Assembly (NCBI GenBank): GCA_013239625.1
Contig: MU056050.1
Coordinates: 4,659,366 to 4,723,365, forward strand
DNA: 64,000 nt
Reading direction: 5' to 3'
Source: Lama guanicoe
Lineage: Eukaryota
Both the position numbers and the translations under genes were made by a program. Positions within the stretch are counted from its first letter, which is position 1; each line of letters opens with the position of its first letter. Below the pieces are notes generated by a model, which saw only the letters and a program-made list of their open reading frames with translations, did no database searches and was not told the origin of the DNA. Below are positions 1 to 13,979 of the stretch, piece by piece.

Positions 1-249
1 AGTCTAAGGAATTAGCATAGGTTCTGGCCTAATGCTGGTACATACTAGAAAGCCAAGTATTTGCCAGATGAAAAATGAAGAAAGGAAAAAACGAATTAAT
101 AGAATCAAGAACAAAAATTAAGAGTAAATCTGACCAAATATAGTATAACACTCAGTGTAATCGCATATTATACACATGATCAGAAAACATCTAGAATTGT
201 TTCTTGTCACTAAAAATTATAAACTTTGCAAATAAACAAGCTATCTATT

Positions 250-3170
250 AATATGGTAAAAATATGAAAAGGCAAAAGATCTAGAATAGCGAATGAAATA
301 CCAAAGGAAAACAAGATGGGAAGATTCACTAATTGATTTCAAGCCTGCCTATGAAGCCACAGTCTTCCAGATACTGTAGTATTGACCAAGAAGTAGAAAC
401 ATGGGGTTGGTGGTATAGAATAGATATCTCAGAAATAGTTCCAAACAGATATTGTCAACTGACCTTTGATAAAGTAGCAAAGAAAATTCAATGAAGAAAT
501 TAGTCTTTTCAACAAATGGTGCTGAAACAATTGGAAGTCCATGTACAAAAATAAGAACCTATAAATAGAACTTACAGCTTTCACAAGTATGAAACCAGAA
601 TGGATCTTAGACACAATGTAAAGTACAAAACTATAAAACTTCTTAACCAAAGAATAGAGGGAAATTGATATGCTCTTCAGTTTGATGATGAGTTTTTACA
701 TAAAATGCAAAAGCATTATACATGAAAATGATGTTGAATTTTATTAAAATTAAAAACTTCTGCTGTGTGGAAAACATTGTTTAAAAAGTGAAAAGATAAA
801 GCACAGACTGGGAGAAAATATTTGAAAACACATGTCTGATAAAGGACTTGTATCCAGAATACACACAGAATCCTTAGACCTCAGCAATAAGAACAAACAT
901 TCCATTTAAAAAATGGACAATAGATCTGAACAGACACGTTACCAAAGAAGATATACAGATGGCAAATAAGCATTGGAAAAAATGCTCAGTATCATTTGCT
1001 ATTAGGAAATTGCAAATTAAAACAATAATGAGATACCAGTATATGCCTATTAAAATGGCTAAAATCCAGTGCAAACTGCTGGCAAGGATGTGGAACAAGA
1101 AATCTCATTCATTGTTGATGGTAAAGTAAACTGGTATAGCCACTTTGGAAGACAGTTTGGCAATTTTCAGATCACTAAACACAGTCTTACCATACATTCC
1201 AACAATCATACTCCTGGGTATTTACCCAGTTGATTTAAAACTTATGTCTACAAAAAACCTTGCATGCAAATGTTTACAGCAGCTTTATTCATGATTGACA
1301 AAAACTGTTAACAACCCAGATGTCCTTCAGTAGGTGAGTGGATAAACAGGCTGTATTCATCCACACATTGGAATATTATTCAGTGATAAAAAGAAATGAG
1401 CTACCAAGCCATGAAAAAAACATGGATAAATCAAATGCATATTGCTAAGTAGAAAAGCTGTTCTTAAAGAGCTACATATTATATGATTCCAATGATATGA
1501 CATTCTGGAAAGGCAAAACTATAGAGATGGTAAAAACATAAGTGATTTCCAGAGGGTTTTTTTTTTGAGGGGGGATGTTATGGAATAGGTAAAGCAGAGG
1601 ATTTTTTTTTAAGGTGATGACACTATTCTTTCTGATGCTGTAATTGTGGCTACCTTACACTATTCATTCGTCAAAAGTCATTGAACTGTTCACAGCCCAA
1701 GGAGCTAAACTGAATTTTTAAAATATCATTTAGGAAGTTGGAGTAAATCCTAGTATGGAGTGCAGAATGTGACAATTCAACTATATTACAAAAGTATGAA
1801 ACAATCTCATTGAAAGGTGTGGGGGAATAAGGTCCTAACCTGAATAACAGTTGTTTCCCCTCCTGATCACATGATCACGTGGCTGACTGAGAGCAGCAGG
1901 TCACTGTGCCGCCCAGCATCAAGCGGAGAGTATCCTACTGCATATCATTATCCCAGGAAAAGATCCAAATTTAAAATTTGAAGTACAGTATATACTGAAT
2001 ATATCTCTCTTTTACACAGTCATAAAGCTGGGGACTCTCGGTACATGTGCCTATACATAGATTACTATGCATGTAAATTTTTCTTTGCTTTGGTAGCTTA
2101 GAGGATCTAGAAGCAATGATGTCCAGGTAGCAACTAGCACACTTAGCACCCAGATTTTGGGTTCTATCGCTATCCTTCAGGATTTCTTGGAAAAATAGCT
2201 ATTTCTAGGACTGGGGCAGAAAATACATGTGGAGCATCTTTTAGTGGCAGAAAGTTAAAAAGTTCTAAAAAAAGAAAACAAAAAATGGGGGTATATCAAA
2301 GGACTCCAACAGTCAGCTGAAAAGTTTCCAATGTCCAAAGCTGGAATAATTTGAGCAACAAAATAAAGAAATGGTACTGGATTTTAACTCAATGTATTTT
2401 TTTAAAAAGGGCCATCAGTTTGTACTGGTATGAATAAATGATTGAATAAATATAGAGGAAAACTGTCAAATCTCCTGCAGAGAAGAATTTCAAATGATTT
2501 ATGTATAGTCTCCACTTAGGGAGGTGAAATATATCTTCCTCCTTAATTGTTGGCTGTGCATAGTGGTTTCCTTCTAAAGATTACAAAATGGAAAAGGTGT
2601 AAAAGAGAATTAATCTACAGTGGAAATCCTGAAACACTATTCCAGTCAGGTGATCAAGATCATTGTCAACAGTGAGTCATCTAGTGATATCATGATATGT
2701 CCTTTGATATAATATGATGAGAATGACACTGTACCTAAGTGGTTCTCCTCCCCAAAGCCCCTAACCTCAGTCTAATCATGAGATAAAACATCAGACAGAT
2801 CCAAATTGTGGTCCTCAAAACTGTTAAGGTTATGAAAACAAAGAAGATCTGAGAAATTGTCACAGAGAATAGGAGCCCAGGGAGAAACAACTACTAAATA
2901 CAGTAACGTGTTATCCGGGATCAAACCTTGGAACAGAAAAACGATCATACAGGAAAACGAAGGCAATCTGAAATATGAGCTTTATTTAGTGATAATGTAG
3001 CAATATTGTTTTATTGATTGTGGAAAATACCTCACTAATGTAAGGTATCAATAATAAAGAGAACTTGGTGTAGGATATATGGCATTCTCTATAATGTTTC
3101 ATAATAATTCTGTAAAGCTAAAGCGGTTCTAAAGATTTTTAAATACATTAAAAAATTAAAATTTGTTTTA
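250..3170 (+). mobile_element. Old L1 (L1M/L1MC-like) 3' fragment: decayed ORF2 C-terminus and long 3' UTR
   Basis: Typical L1 3' motifs (ttcaacaaatggtgctg, gactgggagaaaatatttg, ccttcagtaggtgagtggataaac, atatgattccaatgatatgacattctggaaaggc) and an A-rich end near 3150. The frame is broken. Confidence 0.85.
1847..2043. mobile_element. MER47/Tigger5-like DNA transposon fragment inserted in the L1
   Basis: tggctgactgagagcagcaggtcactgtgccgcccagcatc...gaaaagatccaaatttaaaatttgaagtac matches the recalled MER47A consensus. Confidence 0.7.
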
Positions 3171-3467
3171 AAAAGTCTGAGACACAAAGAGTTCAAGTAA
3201 CTCTTCAAATAAATCTGTTCAGGACTGTCCCCGGCCAAATTGTACTTAAAGGTATCTTTCTTTAATGATGTCCTACTTTCCTTCTTTTCTCCTTGTTTTC
3301 CTCTGCTGTGCTCCTCGGATCCCCATACCTATGTCAGTCTCTTTTTTTTCAGATAATAAAAAAAAATTGAGACTAATTTGCCATAAAGTATTTTAGAGAT
3401 TTATGTATTTTTGCCATGACCACCACCAATCTCAAAGTAGAAAACATCTTCCAAGGGAAAAGGGCAA

Positions 3468-3600
3468 GGGGGAGGGTACAGCTCAGTGGTAGAGTGTATG
3501 CTTAGCATGTATGAGGTCTTGGGTTCAATCCCTAGTACCTCTACTTTTTAAAAAAAAGTTTAAAAATTTTAAAAAATAAGATAGTTTTTTAAAAAGAAGG
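3468..3600 (+). mobile_element. tRNA-Ala-derived SINE (camelid Vic-1 type)
   Basis: ggggagggtacagctcagtggtagagtgtatgcttagcatgtatgaggtcttgggttcaatccctagtacctc contains A and B boxes and is followed by an AT-rich tail. A paralogous copy lies at 21958. Confidence 0.85.
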
Positions 3601-6091
3601 GGGAAATGTAGGTGATTATTAAATGATAATGGCTCTTAACATATGTAAAATATTAAGTTTACAAAAATATGTCATACATACATACATATCACATTTTTAA
3701 CATTCTGTTAAGCTTTTTAAAAAATGTAGTCCCAGATGTCTGACAAGTTAAATAACAACATGTGCTGTGGTAACACAATTCATTTTGTGGATGGCATTTC
3801 TTTACTTTAGTATAAATCATTCACTAAGAAGAAAAACCAAGGTATTGGGAGTTCACAATGTGTCCTGTCTATGCCATGTAAGGAGACACTAAAACAAAAT
3901 TCCCGAGTCCACCCAGTATCACCTCGCTTGGACCATTAGGAAGCATAAGTGAACTTGTATTTCGCACACATTGGGAAAACACTATTGTTTTGTAACTATT
4001 GAGAGTTCAAGTACTACACTTTTGATCAATGTTTTATCAACACACTAAAGGGTAGATTCATTTTAATATTTTAAGGAAAAAACAATGACTATATTAGAAA
4101 ATATTTTCTCATTTAAGCAGCTTTCTCAAATGCCCTTTGAACCTGAGATAATACTCGATGGCAGTGTAGTAGTTCTTACAAAAACAACAGAGTAAACTGT
4201 GACTTTTTTCCTATGTGCAGAATGCTAGCAAGGAGCAATGGGAAAAAAAAAAAAAAAAGGAGAAATTAATAGTGTTTCTAAATTCAAATATAGTTCGTAA
4301 CATGTAACATTAAATTCCCAATTCTCCTAACACTTACATATTAAAAGAGCAGTATACATTAAATATTTTTAAATAATATGAGGAGCATAATTAGACTTAT
4401 TTTTCATTGATGAGGATTTTGAACTTTTAAAAAAAAATTCCAAGGAATGTATTAAGTTTTGGCAAATTCTATAAAAAATAGATGCTAATAAACTCAAATA
4501 TTTTTGTTTCTGGCAAATATTTCCATAGTTCATATAATTAATTTTGTCAAACTTTGTAATTTATATGGGATATATATTGTACCCTCTGTTAAATCTTAAT
4601 GAGCCACATTTGCTATACTGTCAATATATTTGGAAGAGGGTTGAATTTATAATGATTCTAGAAGCATACATTATTCTACAGCAGCAGGGAAACACTCAAA
4701 AAGCTAACACTTCCAGTTTGTTTAATCCCTTTCGCCATTCTTTGGAGAGAAGACATCATGGCATTATTTTGCCTTTGAAGGTCATGTTTGGCAGTGTTCA
4801 AAAAAGTGCCTCATTATTTTAAGTGAGGAAAGAAGTAATGCTTCAACAAGCAAAATGACATAAGTATATCTACAGTTATTACTCTTGAAGGAAATTAAAG
4901 AGATTGCATTTTTACAGCAAAAGGTAGTTTAAGCTGCATGATAGTCTGTGGCAAAGACATCAAGTCATAAGGACCCTACATAAATCTTGTTTTCATGAGA
5001 AATAACTGAAGCCACTCAGCACCACATCAGCTCAAGAGAAAACCAAAACCTAATCTAATACTGTGGGAAAATGAAGTACTCTAGAATCGAGATAAATCTA
5101 AATTAATCGAATATCCCCATTAATCTGTGAAGTAGTCTCTGTGAGTAATTGATATAACCAAACAACTCAGACCAATTTTATTTTAACGTTTAAAGTGATA
5201 CCTACATAGAAAATTCACTTTAGAATATACTGTCTAAACAATTTCTCAATTTACCATACACATCATCAATGTGATTCAGAAAGTTTGCAGTTTATTTGCT
5301 TAATATTGGGACTAGTTTTCTTTCAAATCATTGCTCAAAAAAAAAAAAAAACCTAAAGGTAAAAAAAAAACCAGAGTAGTTTCAAGTATGTTTTAAATAT
5401 CTGAATGAAATCCCATAATAGTTTATTAATGAGAAGAACAGGACATTTCAAAATGCCTTTAACTTTTTGAGGTTGACATTATGTGGAGTAATCATGCTCT
5501 CTAAAAGAAAGAAAGAAACAAAATAAAACAAAAACAAAAAGGCCCTCCTGGGGACCATTGGCCAGAGATACAACACTGAACTAGGGAGACCATTGTCCTA
5601 GATGGTACACTTCTGTTAACAATATATACATATTAAATAAAAAATTTTAAATTATGAAGGTCTTTGACTATGCAAAAATTTGGGTACATGCCCTAAGTCT
5701 CTTACATGTGGAAAGTGGACCGTATAATTTTCTACATGTTAATTTATCATCCTTTAGAAGAAGAATCTCAGATCTTCAGCAAGCATTTCACTTGCTGAAT
5801 TCCCTAATAATGAAGCAATTTTCTAGGTCAAAATAGCATTAAAAATGTCTTCACCAATCATTTGAAATGTCTTAGCCGTCCCTTCCCCCGCAATGGTAGT
5901 GGCTGACTTACTGCAGCAGGTGTTACGGAATTCATATTTCCAACATATAAAAATGCAGACATTTGCTCAGAATTTATGGAAATCAATCAGTTCCAAAACA
6001 AGCGTCCACCTCAGGCATCAATTTCCTCTTAACCTGTACTTGAGTTAAACATTGCACTGTTGAAATCTGATTTCTTTTTCCATTAACCTAC

Positions 6092-6343
6092 CTGTCTTCA
6101 AGGTGATATAATTCATACCTCACTGCCACTAATCTTCATACTTCTCAAGCAATTAGAGAGGACCAGGTTTTGAAATCCCTTATCTGCCAAGGTTCTTCAA
6201 TAAAGGAAAATTTTACTAATATGGTATCTGAAAAAAACGCAGCAAAGGTGTTCCCAGCACCAGTGAAATTATTCCAAGTGTCATGATTGTTCACCGCCAT
6301 TGCTGAAAGTGTTGTCATATTATCAGTGCCTAGCCCGGACAGC
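6092..6343 (-). other. Candidate late/terminal exon of an unidentified minus-strand transcript
   Basis: Acceptor tttatttctccacttag|GCTGTCCGG at 6343 and an optional donor ACAG|gtaggt at 6092. All frames stop within the segment (phase 0 reads AVRARH*). About 2.5 kb of repeat-poor, UTR-like sequence follows. Confidence 0.4.
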
Positions 6344-7855
6344 CTAAGTGGAGAAATAAATTACATAGACTATAGAACATGGAAGAAGCATTGAAAAATA
6401 ATAATAAATAATATAGCTTTGGGAGCTGAAGGCACTTTCCTTTTTATCCTCTTAAACTTACAGTCTTCTCCTATTCTTGTAAATGGTTCTGATACATTTA
6501 TAATCATGCCATAGTTCAAAAAGGTGTCTCTTCTTATATTTTGCATAGACAACCAATGAAATAGATACCAGTATGTGGAAACAGGGTGGAGAACTGATGG
6601 AGAATGTACATGTTTCCTCTGTAGACAATAGGAACTCTTTTACCCTTAATAAATATTGCTCACACATCTTTCTTTGGCTGATTGTCTTCCCTGGGAGATG
6701 TTATGAAAGTCAATGAAATCTCAAAATTTTCTAGACATATTAAAAATTCAATATAAGAGGCACTCAACGAGATATTTTTTGGAGAAATGGCATCAGTATT
6801 TTTGACCACTCTGGCTTTTCATCCATCCTGTTCTTCATCGCGGCTCTGCAACTCTCTCTGACTCCAATGTGCCCCTGCTATGATACGCATTTACTCTTTA
6901 CTTCTATTGAACTGTTTCTCCTGTGTTTCTGCTCTAATTGCTATTAATTGGTCTTTTATATGATCTTACTAATCCACAATGCATTCTTTGATATTGCTAA
7001 AAGCAGTATTCAAAATGAATTCACCTTGCAGAATTTAAATAATTTGCGTCCTTGCTGCTACATCTTATATTATCTTAATGTCTTTTCACTATCGTGATGT
7101 GTAGGGAATGATGATGTCTCTTCTTTTCGCACCATTATTTTTTAGATTCCATTTTAGAAGACTCCCTTAAAATTAATTGGTTTACATCCAATTGTAGTGA
7201 ATTTGGTGGCAAAATTACAGTTTCACATTTTTATCATGGGAATATATTTTTATTCCACTCACTCTCAACCTTTGCCGGGACCTCTTCTAAAAAAGAGAAC
7301 TGGAATTGAGCATTCTTTGCTATATATTTCTCCCCGTACACATTGCAAAGACAGTATGTGGTAAGTGCCTTGATATATGTTTCCTGGGTTTCAAGGAGGT
7401 CAGGTTGCCTAATTACTGGAGCATATTTTGGTGGTATCTGAAGGTGAGCAAGCAGGGAAATTATTTTCATTCCTACTCAATTCACTAATCTATATTTTTC
7501 CTGTCATACAAGTTCCGGCTCCCTTCAAGGCATAATTGCAGGGAGTACAAGGGACAGAAAATAAGGGATAGGCTTCAGGTCGCGTAAACAAATGCAATGC
7601 CTACCAACCTGTGATAGACTGAAGGAAGAAATCACAAATTATCGGCAAGCAGCAGTTGGAACTGGGCTTGAGGTAAACAGACACACAAACAACATGTCAG
7701 CCATGATAAAGAGTGTAAATTTGAACAGATGTCACTTTTAGAGCAGCAGCAGGCAGATTAAACAAAATTGGCTTTGGATGAAATCCAAGGGAGAGGAAGA
7801 AAATATGAAGCCTGTAGGACCACGGTGTCCAGCAGCTCTTCCATAGTAATCATAC

Positions 7856-7889
7856 CTCAGCCGGGTATAAAGAAACAGACACCTGTTGG
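7856..7889 (-). other. Candidate 34-nt exon (27 nt with the downstream alternative acceptor)
   Basis: gatattttttttctttttag|CCAACAGGTGTCTGTTTCTTTATACCCGGCTGAG|gtatga has a strong polypyrimidine tract and donor. Confidence 0.4.
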
Positions 7890-8624
7890 CTAAAAAGAAA
7901 AAAAATATCAACAAAACCCATGCTAATCAAATGAACTGAAAGTGTGGTTTTCTGAAAGACACAAGATCAGCTAAAGCCCGAAATCAATAGTTGAAATAAA
8001 TAGAAAGATGTAGGTGAGATGCTCATTTATTAATATTCTCCATATATCATGGCATTGACTCTATTAATAGATGGGCTATTATTGTGTCATTAACCAGAAG
8101 ATGTTATGGGAAAGTCTCATAAATATTTATGCATCTCAGAAGTAAACCAAGGGATTTAGATTAGTTTAATAACTATTTATGTTACTTTGTCCAATCTGGT
8201 TTTGGTTCTGGAGACGACTCTGAAACAAAATGATTGTGGACATACATATTAAGAATAACCATGGTTGTAAATCACAATATGACTTACAGGTTCAAGTACA
8301 TTACTTTCTAAACCTCATCTTTTTGCTCTCTTCCTTCTCAATCTATGGAGGTCCCCTGAACACACTATGTTCTCTCATATTCAGGCTTCCCAGGTAAGCT
8401 GAACTGCCCATTAGTGGCTAAATTTTCTAATTTATAAAATATGTATAATATGCCTAGCTTAAGGAGTTTTGTAAAGATTGATCATAATAACATGAGTTAA
8501 AACACGTAAAAAACAGTAAAGTATTACACAAATGGTAGTAGTCATTTTTCTAAATGCAAACATGAGAACCACTGGGACTTCAAGTGCCTAAGCTGTGTAC
8601 TGTGAACAAGACAATAAGCAGTAA

Positions 8625-8840
8625 CTTTTTTTTTGAGCAATTACAATGTGCCCGTGACTCTCCTAAATACTTGGCGTACATTATCTCATTTCATTTTTGC
8701 AACAGCTCAGTGAGGTAGGTACTCTTATGATCTAATTTTACAAATGAGAAAATTGAGACTCAGAATGCTTAAGTAACTTTTTCAAAGGTAAGTAACTAGA
8801 GTAGGATGCGTTCAAGACCTGTCTGTATCCAAAGCCCATG
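8625..8840 (-). mobile_element. MIR SINE
   Basis: Reverse MIR core: gtgaggtaggtact...ttttacaaatgagaaaattgagactcagaatgcttaagtaact. Confidence 0.75.
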
Positions 8841-9127
8841 CCACCCTCCCTTGTCTCCAAGGGAATGGTTGATATCAAGATATAAGGCATTGTCCCTGTT
8901 TCTCAGCTACTTCCAATTGTGTTAAGGAAACTACAAGCAACCATAATTGAAATTCTTTACTCTTTCCCTTATATAATCTGTCAAAACAAAAAGTTATTTA
9001 ATTTTCTGATTTCTTGTACAACAGTTAGTAACTTTTGAAACTCCTTACTATTTATGTTTAGAGTAACTAAACTATTCCTCTTTCTCAATCAGGATTGCAT
9101 GTCAGTGTTTCCTGGATTACATTTTAA

Positions 9128-9400
9128 AGAGGAGTGGAGGGAGGGATAAATTAGGAGTTGGGAATTAATATATACACACTACTATATATAAAATAGATAA
9201 ACAACAAAGACCTATTGTAGAGCACAAGGAATTTTATTCAATCTCTTATAATAACTTATAATGGAAAAGAATCTGAAAAAGAATATATATATATATATAC
9301 ACATACATATATACAACTGAATTACTTTTCTGTACAACTGAAACTAACACAACTTTGTAAATCAACTATACTTCAATAAAAAATTAAAATAATAAAAAAA
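9128..9400 (+). mobile_element. 5'-truncated L1 3' end (younger, artiodactyl-type tail)
   Basis: ggagggataaattaggagttggg...aataacttataatggaaaagaatctgaaaaagaatata...ttgtaaatcaactatacttcaataaaaaa plus an A tail. Confidence 0.85.
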
Positions 9401-12400
9401 ATTTTTTAAGTCATATTTGGGAATTACCACCAGAAGTCCTGATTTAGTATTCTCGGTTGAGAACCGCTGTCCTATAAGAAATCACTACCATACACACTAA
9501 GCAAATTAAGTTAAAAAAGCAGGGATGGTGTAATGGTTTTAACTTGTTCCTGAGAGTAAAACAGCAAGCAAACAAAATAAGTATGATCTCCTATAACTGA
9601 AGGATGTTACAGAAAAAAATTTAGGCTTTTTCAGCAAGGATATGTGATTGCCTTTTTTACTTGGAGAAAGAAGAGTATAAGAGAATAAGATGAGTTTATG
9701 GCAGTGGAAAAGAGAGAGATGGTTTTAGCTAGAAGTAAATGAAGGATAGATACACAGAGGATCTCTTTGTGTAAACATGCTTATAGGTTAAAGATGGGGC
9801 GATAGAGTGAAAGGATGAAAAAAGAGTTAAGAATACTTCAAAGACAGGTACAGTGATCAAAGATAATGATAAAAATGAGACTGAATGTCATCAACTCATT
9901 ATGGTACTAATCCACAGAGATTCCTTTCGAGTTTCAACTATTCAGGTGTTAACAGTGAACATGGCAGAAGGTTCAATTAATCCAAGGCTGGAGAATTTGA
10001 AGAACAGATACAAAAACAGGACAAGTGGTCAAGAGAATTAAGGGTGATAGTAAGAAAATGAAATAGTAAGTCATGGAGGAACAAGATGGCTAGAAAAGGA
10101 AATAAATTCATGAGGGGCTAATAAAGTGGGAGAAAGTGAAATACCAAGGGATTGACATATTCGATGAGGTCATAGAGCATACGTAGTTGGGAGGAGGGAG
10201 AGAGAACAGGAATTAAAAGAAATCACTAGAAAGTAGGTCATTTGAGCTAATTATTTCCCAAATGGAACAGTTAGGAGTGATAGCATGATTCATGATGTGG
10301 GAGTGAGTGGCTGAAATGGTATGAAAAAGAAAACTTGTAGTCACTTATTGTACATATAAACACAGAATTCATCCTGCGTGATGGCAGGGATTGAGTTACA
10401 AAAGAAAATTGTGAGTAGGTACCAGTACCTTTAATGAATGTTAGTGACCAGAAGTTTTTTTTTTTTTTTAAGTCACAGACAAGGAGGAATAAAATAGATA
10501 TACAACCGACGGCAGAGACATCAAAATAATGTTTTAACATGGGAACAGAGAAGTGAGAGTTTTAATGAAATATCAGTAATAAAAAGTAGGTGGTTCCCAC
10601 CTCACAAACTTAGGGGTGTGTGGACCAAGCAGCTTTTACAGGTGCATTAATTAAAATTCTTGTTTGCAGTATAAACTTGGAACGTATGAGAACTGAGGCA
10701 GCTTTGGAGATTCAGGGTGTAGTTAAATGAGCATCCTCGTCAAGAAATTATTGTTGAGATGATTGAACACTGACCGCTATTGGCCTTTGTGTTACTTCAC
10801 TCTCAAGATTCAAATCCAGGAAGAAAGGATCTAATTGGTTTAATTTGTGTCATACATATGAGTTTGTCAGCTGAGGATGACCCTGTCCATTTATGATGCA
10901 CCTATATTTGCTTGAAACCCTATCTTACCCACAGTGAAGAAATTCGCATCCTTCCAAATATCTTTGTTGTGATGTATTCTTGGTCATTTTTGTCTTGTAT
11001 TTTTCTGTTTTTGGACTCTTATGGCTTTCTTTTTTTTCACCTTGCATAAACCCAAATGTGAAACATGGTCTCCCTTCCTTGACTTTGTGTATTTACCCAT
11101 AGCCATTGCATGTAGTAGTAGTATTATAGAACAAAAGATTTAAGGATAACAGGGGATAGGGGAGGGGAGTGTAGGAGGCTATTATGTATCATCATATATA
11201 TATATCATCAACAAGCAGAAAAAAATCTGAAAATGGATAATACATTTGTCTGTTCTTAAAATTCTCTCTCTCTGTCCCTCTTTCTCTCTCATTCTCTTCA
11301 TGTTTATTTCCTCCTTCCATCTAATCACTAGTTCCTTCACCTCTGACGCCAGCACTCAACTTCAATTTTTATGCAGAACAGTTGAGCTATCTTCCTCTCA
11401 ATCCAAACCTAATTAGGGGTGCAACTGAGAGCATCTTAGCTAAAGACTGGAATGATCAAGTCAGGCTGTTTTGATAAACTAAGGAAGTTGGCATCTATAC
11501 ATAATTCCTATTCACAGATTTTTATATAATCATATCTATCAACTTTTTTTTTTTTAGCCTAATGGTATGTCTTTTTGCTATTGCTTGAGAGGTTTCTTTC
11601 TACTCTGAAATCACAAAGTTGTTTTCCCTCTTTTCACCTTTTCGTTTAGGTCTATAATCTGCATGTGCTTATGTTTCAATATAACATAAATAGCTTTATT
11701 TTTTATAGGAAGCTAATTTTTCTTGAACTATTTATAAAACAACATATTTACTACAAGTTCGTAGTACCACATCAAATGCATTTTTCTGAACTTCCTTTCA
11801 TTGTATTTCACTTGTAGGACTTTTTCCTGTATATTTCTAATTAATTTCTAATCCTCAAAGACCATGATTACGGGAAAACGGTTGGCCTCCAAGTTTTGTA
11901 TCTGAATCCAAGGTAATTTCAAAAATTTAAGGCGACTTGCTCCCATTTTGGAAGGAGCCTAAAGCAGAAGGTGGTACTTGTGTTCTCAGTGAAATGTGGA
12001 CATATAATGAAGGTTAGTAAGCAGGCTACTTTGTGACTGTATTCTTATTCAATGTTTGGGTTCCATGTTGTGCTTTTATTAAGGCATAGCTTGGTCCAAG
12101 GCTGGAGAAGGAGAAGCCAAGATCTGTTTCTACCTCCATTCCAGTTAATTGGCTTCTAAATAAGTGTTCTTTTAGAGTCAAATTTTGATAACATGTCAAC
12201 TAATGGTGGACTATAAAAGATATTTCTATAAGAATGTACAGTATATTTGAATTTGGTCATTTATTCTAGTTCTGTTGAACTTCTGGGAAAGAATAAGGTG
12301 GCATCTCTGGCATTTCTGCTCTTCTATTTTTCTCAGAAGTTGAAATTCACATTTAAGACTATATATAAAGTCTAAAATAAAAACTCACAAAATGTACATT

Positions 12401-13477
12401 ATAGTGTTTTTCAAATGCCTAGTGACCCGCTAATTGCAATAGAACCACTAGTGGAGAAAAAAAAAATAGATAGGTTCTTGGGCCTCAGCCTGGAAGACTG
12501 AGATTGAATAGATTTTGTATGTAGTCTCGAAAATCACTCACTAAAAAAAAAATCTCTGAGAAACTTATCATATGTGCACAGATTTAGGAAACCCTGCCTC
12601 ACAGTAAACAAATAAATCTGTAACATGAAAGATATGAAAATCTGGAATAAAAGCAAATATTACCATTTAATCAGTGTTGATTTTGCTATATTTAGTAATC
12701 CCTTTTTTTGATGTTGTTATAATTAATGAATTTTACTTGTGCCTAATCTATATATTAAGAAAATCTGTGCTTAAGAAGCTGGAAAAATTACTGTGTGATG
12801 GCAACAGATATCTTTAATTTTTATTTACTGACTTTGAAATTTTTCTGATCATTTAACTGATCCATATGCATTTTTTGTGTGGTCTTCATCAAACGATTGT
12901 GAGTTTATTTCATGAAATGTTGACTCAGTTTCATGGAGAGTTTTCATGGAGAGTACAAAATTGAATGACAAGTTTTAATTTTTCAGTGGTAATTAATACT
13001 AACTTTCCTAGTTAATCTAAAGCTCCATGTGGAAGATGCAAAAATAGCTTGCTTCATTTAATATGCATAACAGATGCCATTATATTTCTACACATCGAAT
13101 AGTGTTTTCATATTGTTAAGAATTGAGTGCAATATTTCAATCTGAATTGTTGCAGATTTTTTTTTCAAGTCAATAATACAAGCCTACGAAATTAAAATGC
13201 ACTACTTGTGTCAAACATAACAAAATCATTGTTTGTTTATTTTTTAAGGTGCTAATAAAAAAGATTAATGATACGGCTGGATAATGAAACAATCTGCCAG
13301 GAGGCAAGCCCCAGAATATAGAGTGGCACAGGAGCAAGGATTACTCAGGAAAACAAAAATTACTTTCCTCCCTGAATACATTCAACAAAATTCTTTTTAC
13401 CACCTAGCTGACATTTGGGGTTTAAAAGAGTTGGCTTTCTTTTTATGTGTTGTTCAAATGTCTTGGAGAGTATTTAC

Positions 13478-13561
13478 CTCCAGACAGGAAGCATTTGCAT
13501 TTGAAGAGATTTTTGTCAAACAATCAATAAGGGTATTTGACCTCCATAAAAACTCTATTTC
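13478..13561 (-). other. Candidate 84-nt symmetric exon (phase 0 reads EIEFLWRSNTLIDCLTKISSNANASCLE)
   Basis: gtgtctttgtttag|GAAATA...CTGGAG|gtaaat. Only frame 0 is open, and I do not recognise the peptide. Confidence 0.3.
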
Positions 13562-13979
13562 CTAAACAAAGACACCCACACTTAAACATATTACACACAA
13601 CAACATCTCATTAATGCCGACCTCAGTAACTCAAACTGATGACAGTTTAAACCAGTTACCTTCTGAAGGTAAAGAAGGGTTCTACCAAACAAACTGATAG
13701 CTTATTAAACTCAGTGAGGGAAAGAAAGGTGGCCAAAATTTTTCCTTTAACTGGGAAACCATTTCAAGCACTTTTCGTGGTACAGAATTACATATATTTT
13801 TATGCCAAAACAATCATTCTTTCCATTTATTAAATAGAGTCCCAAAGGAGCCCTAGTAAGGTATACTTGATAAACTAGTTATCTGTGCCTAGTGAATCTG
13901 AATGCTCAGGAAATCCATATGATAATGAGAAAAATATCATGATGGCACCCATGTATCCTTAGACACCAAACATAGAGCT

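Noticed and set aside
3468..3545. tRNA-Ala(AGC) gene (also at 21958)
   Set aside because: These are SINE heads: they have A-rich tails, the second has a 16-bp TSD, and there are two diverged copies in one window.
4200..4220. gacttttttcctatgtg resembling miR-135
   Set aside because: The seed does not match and I found no hairpin partner.
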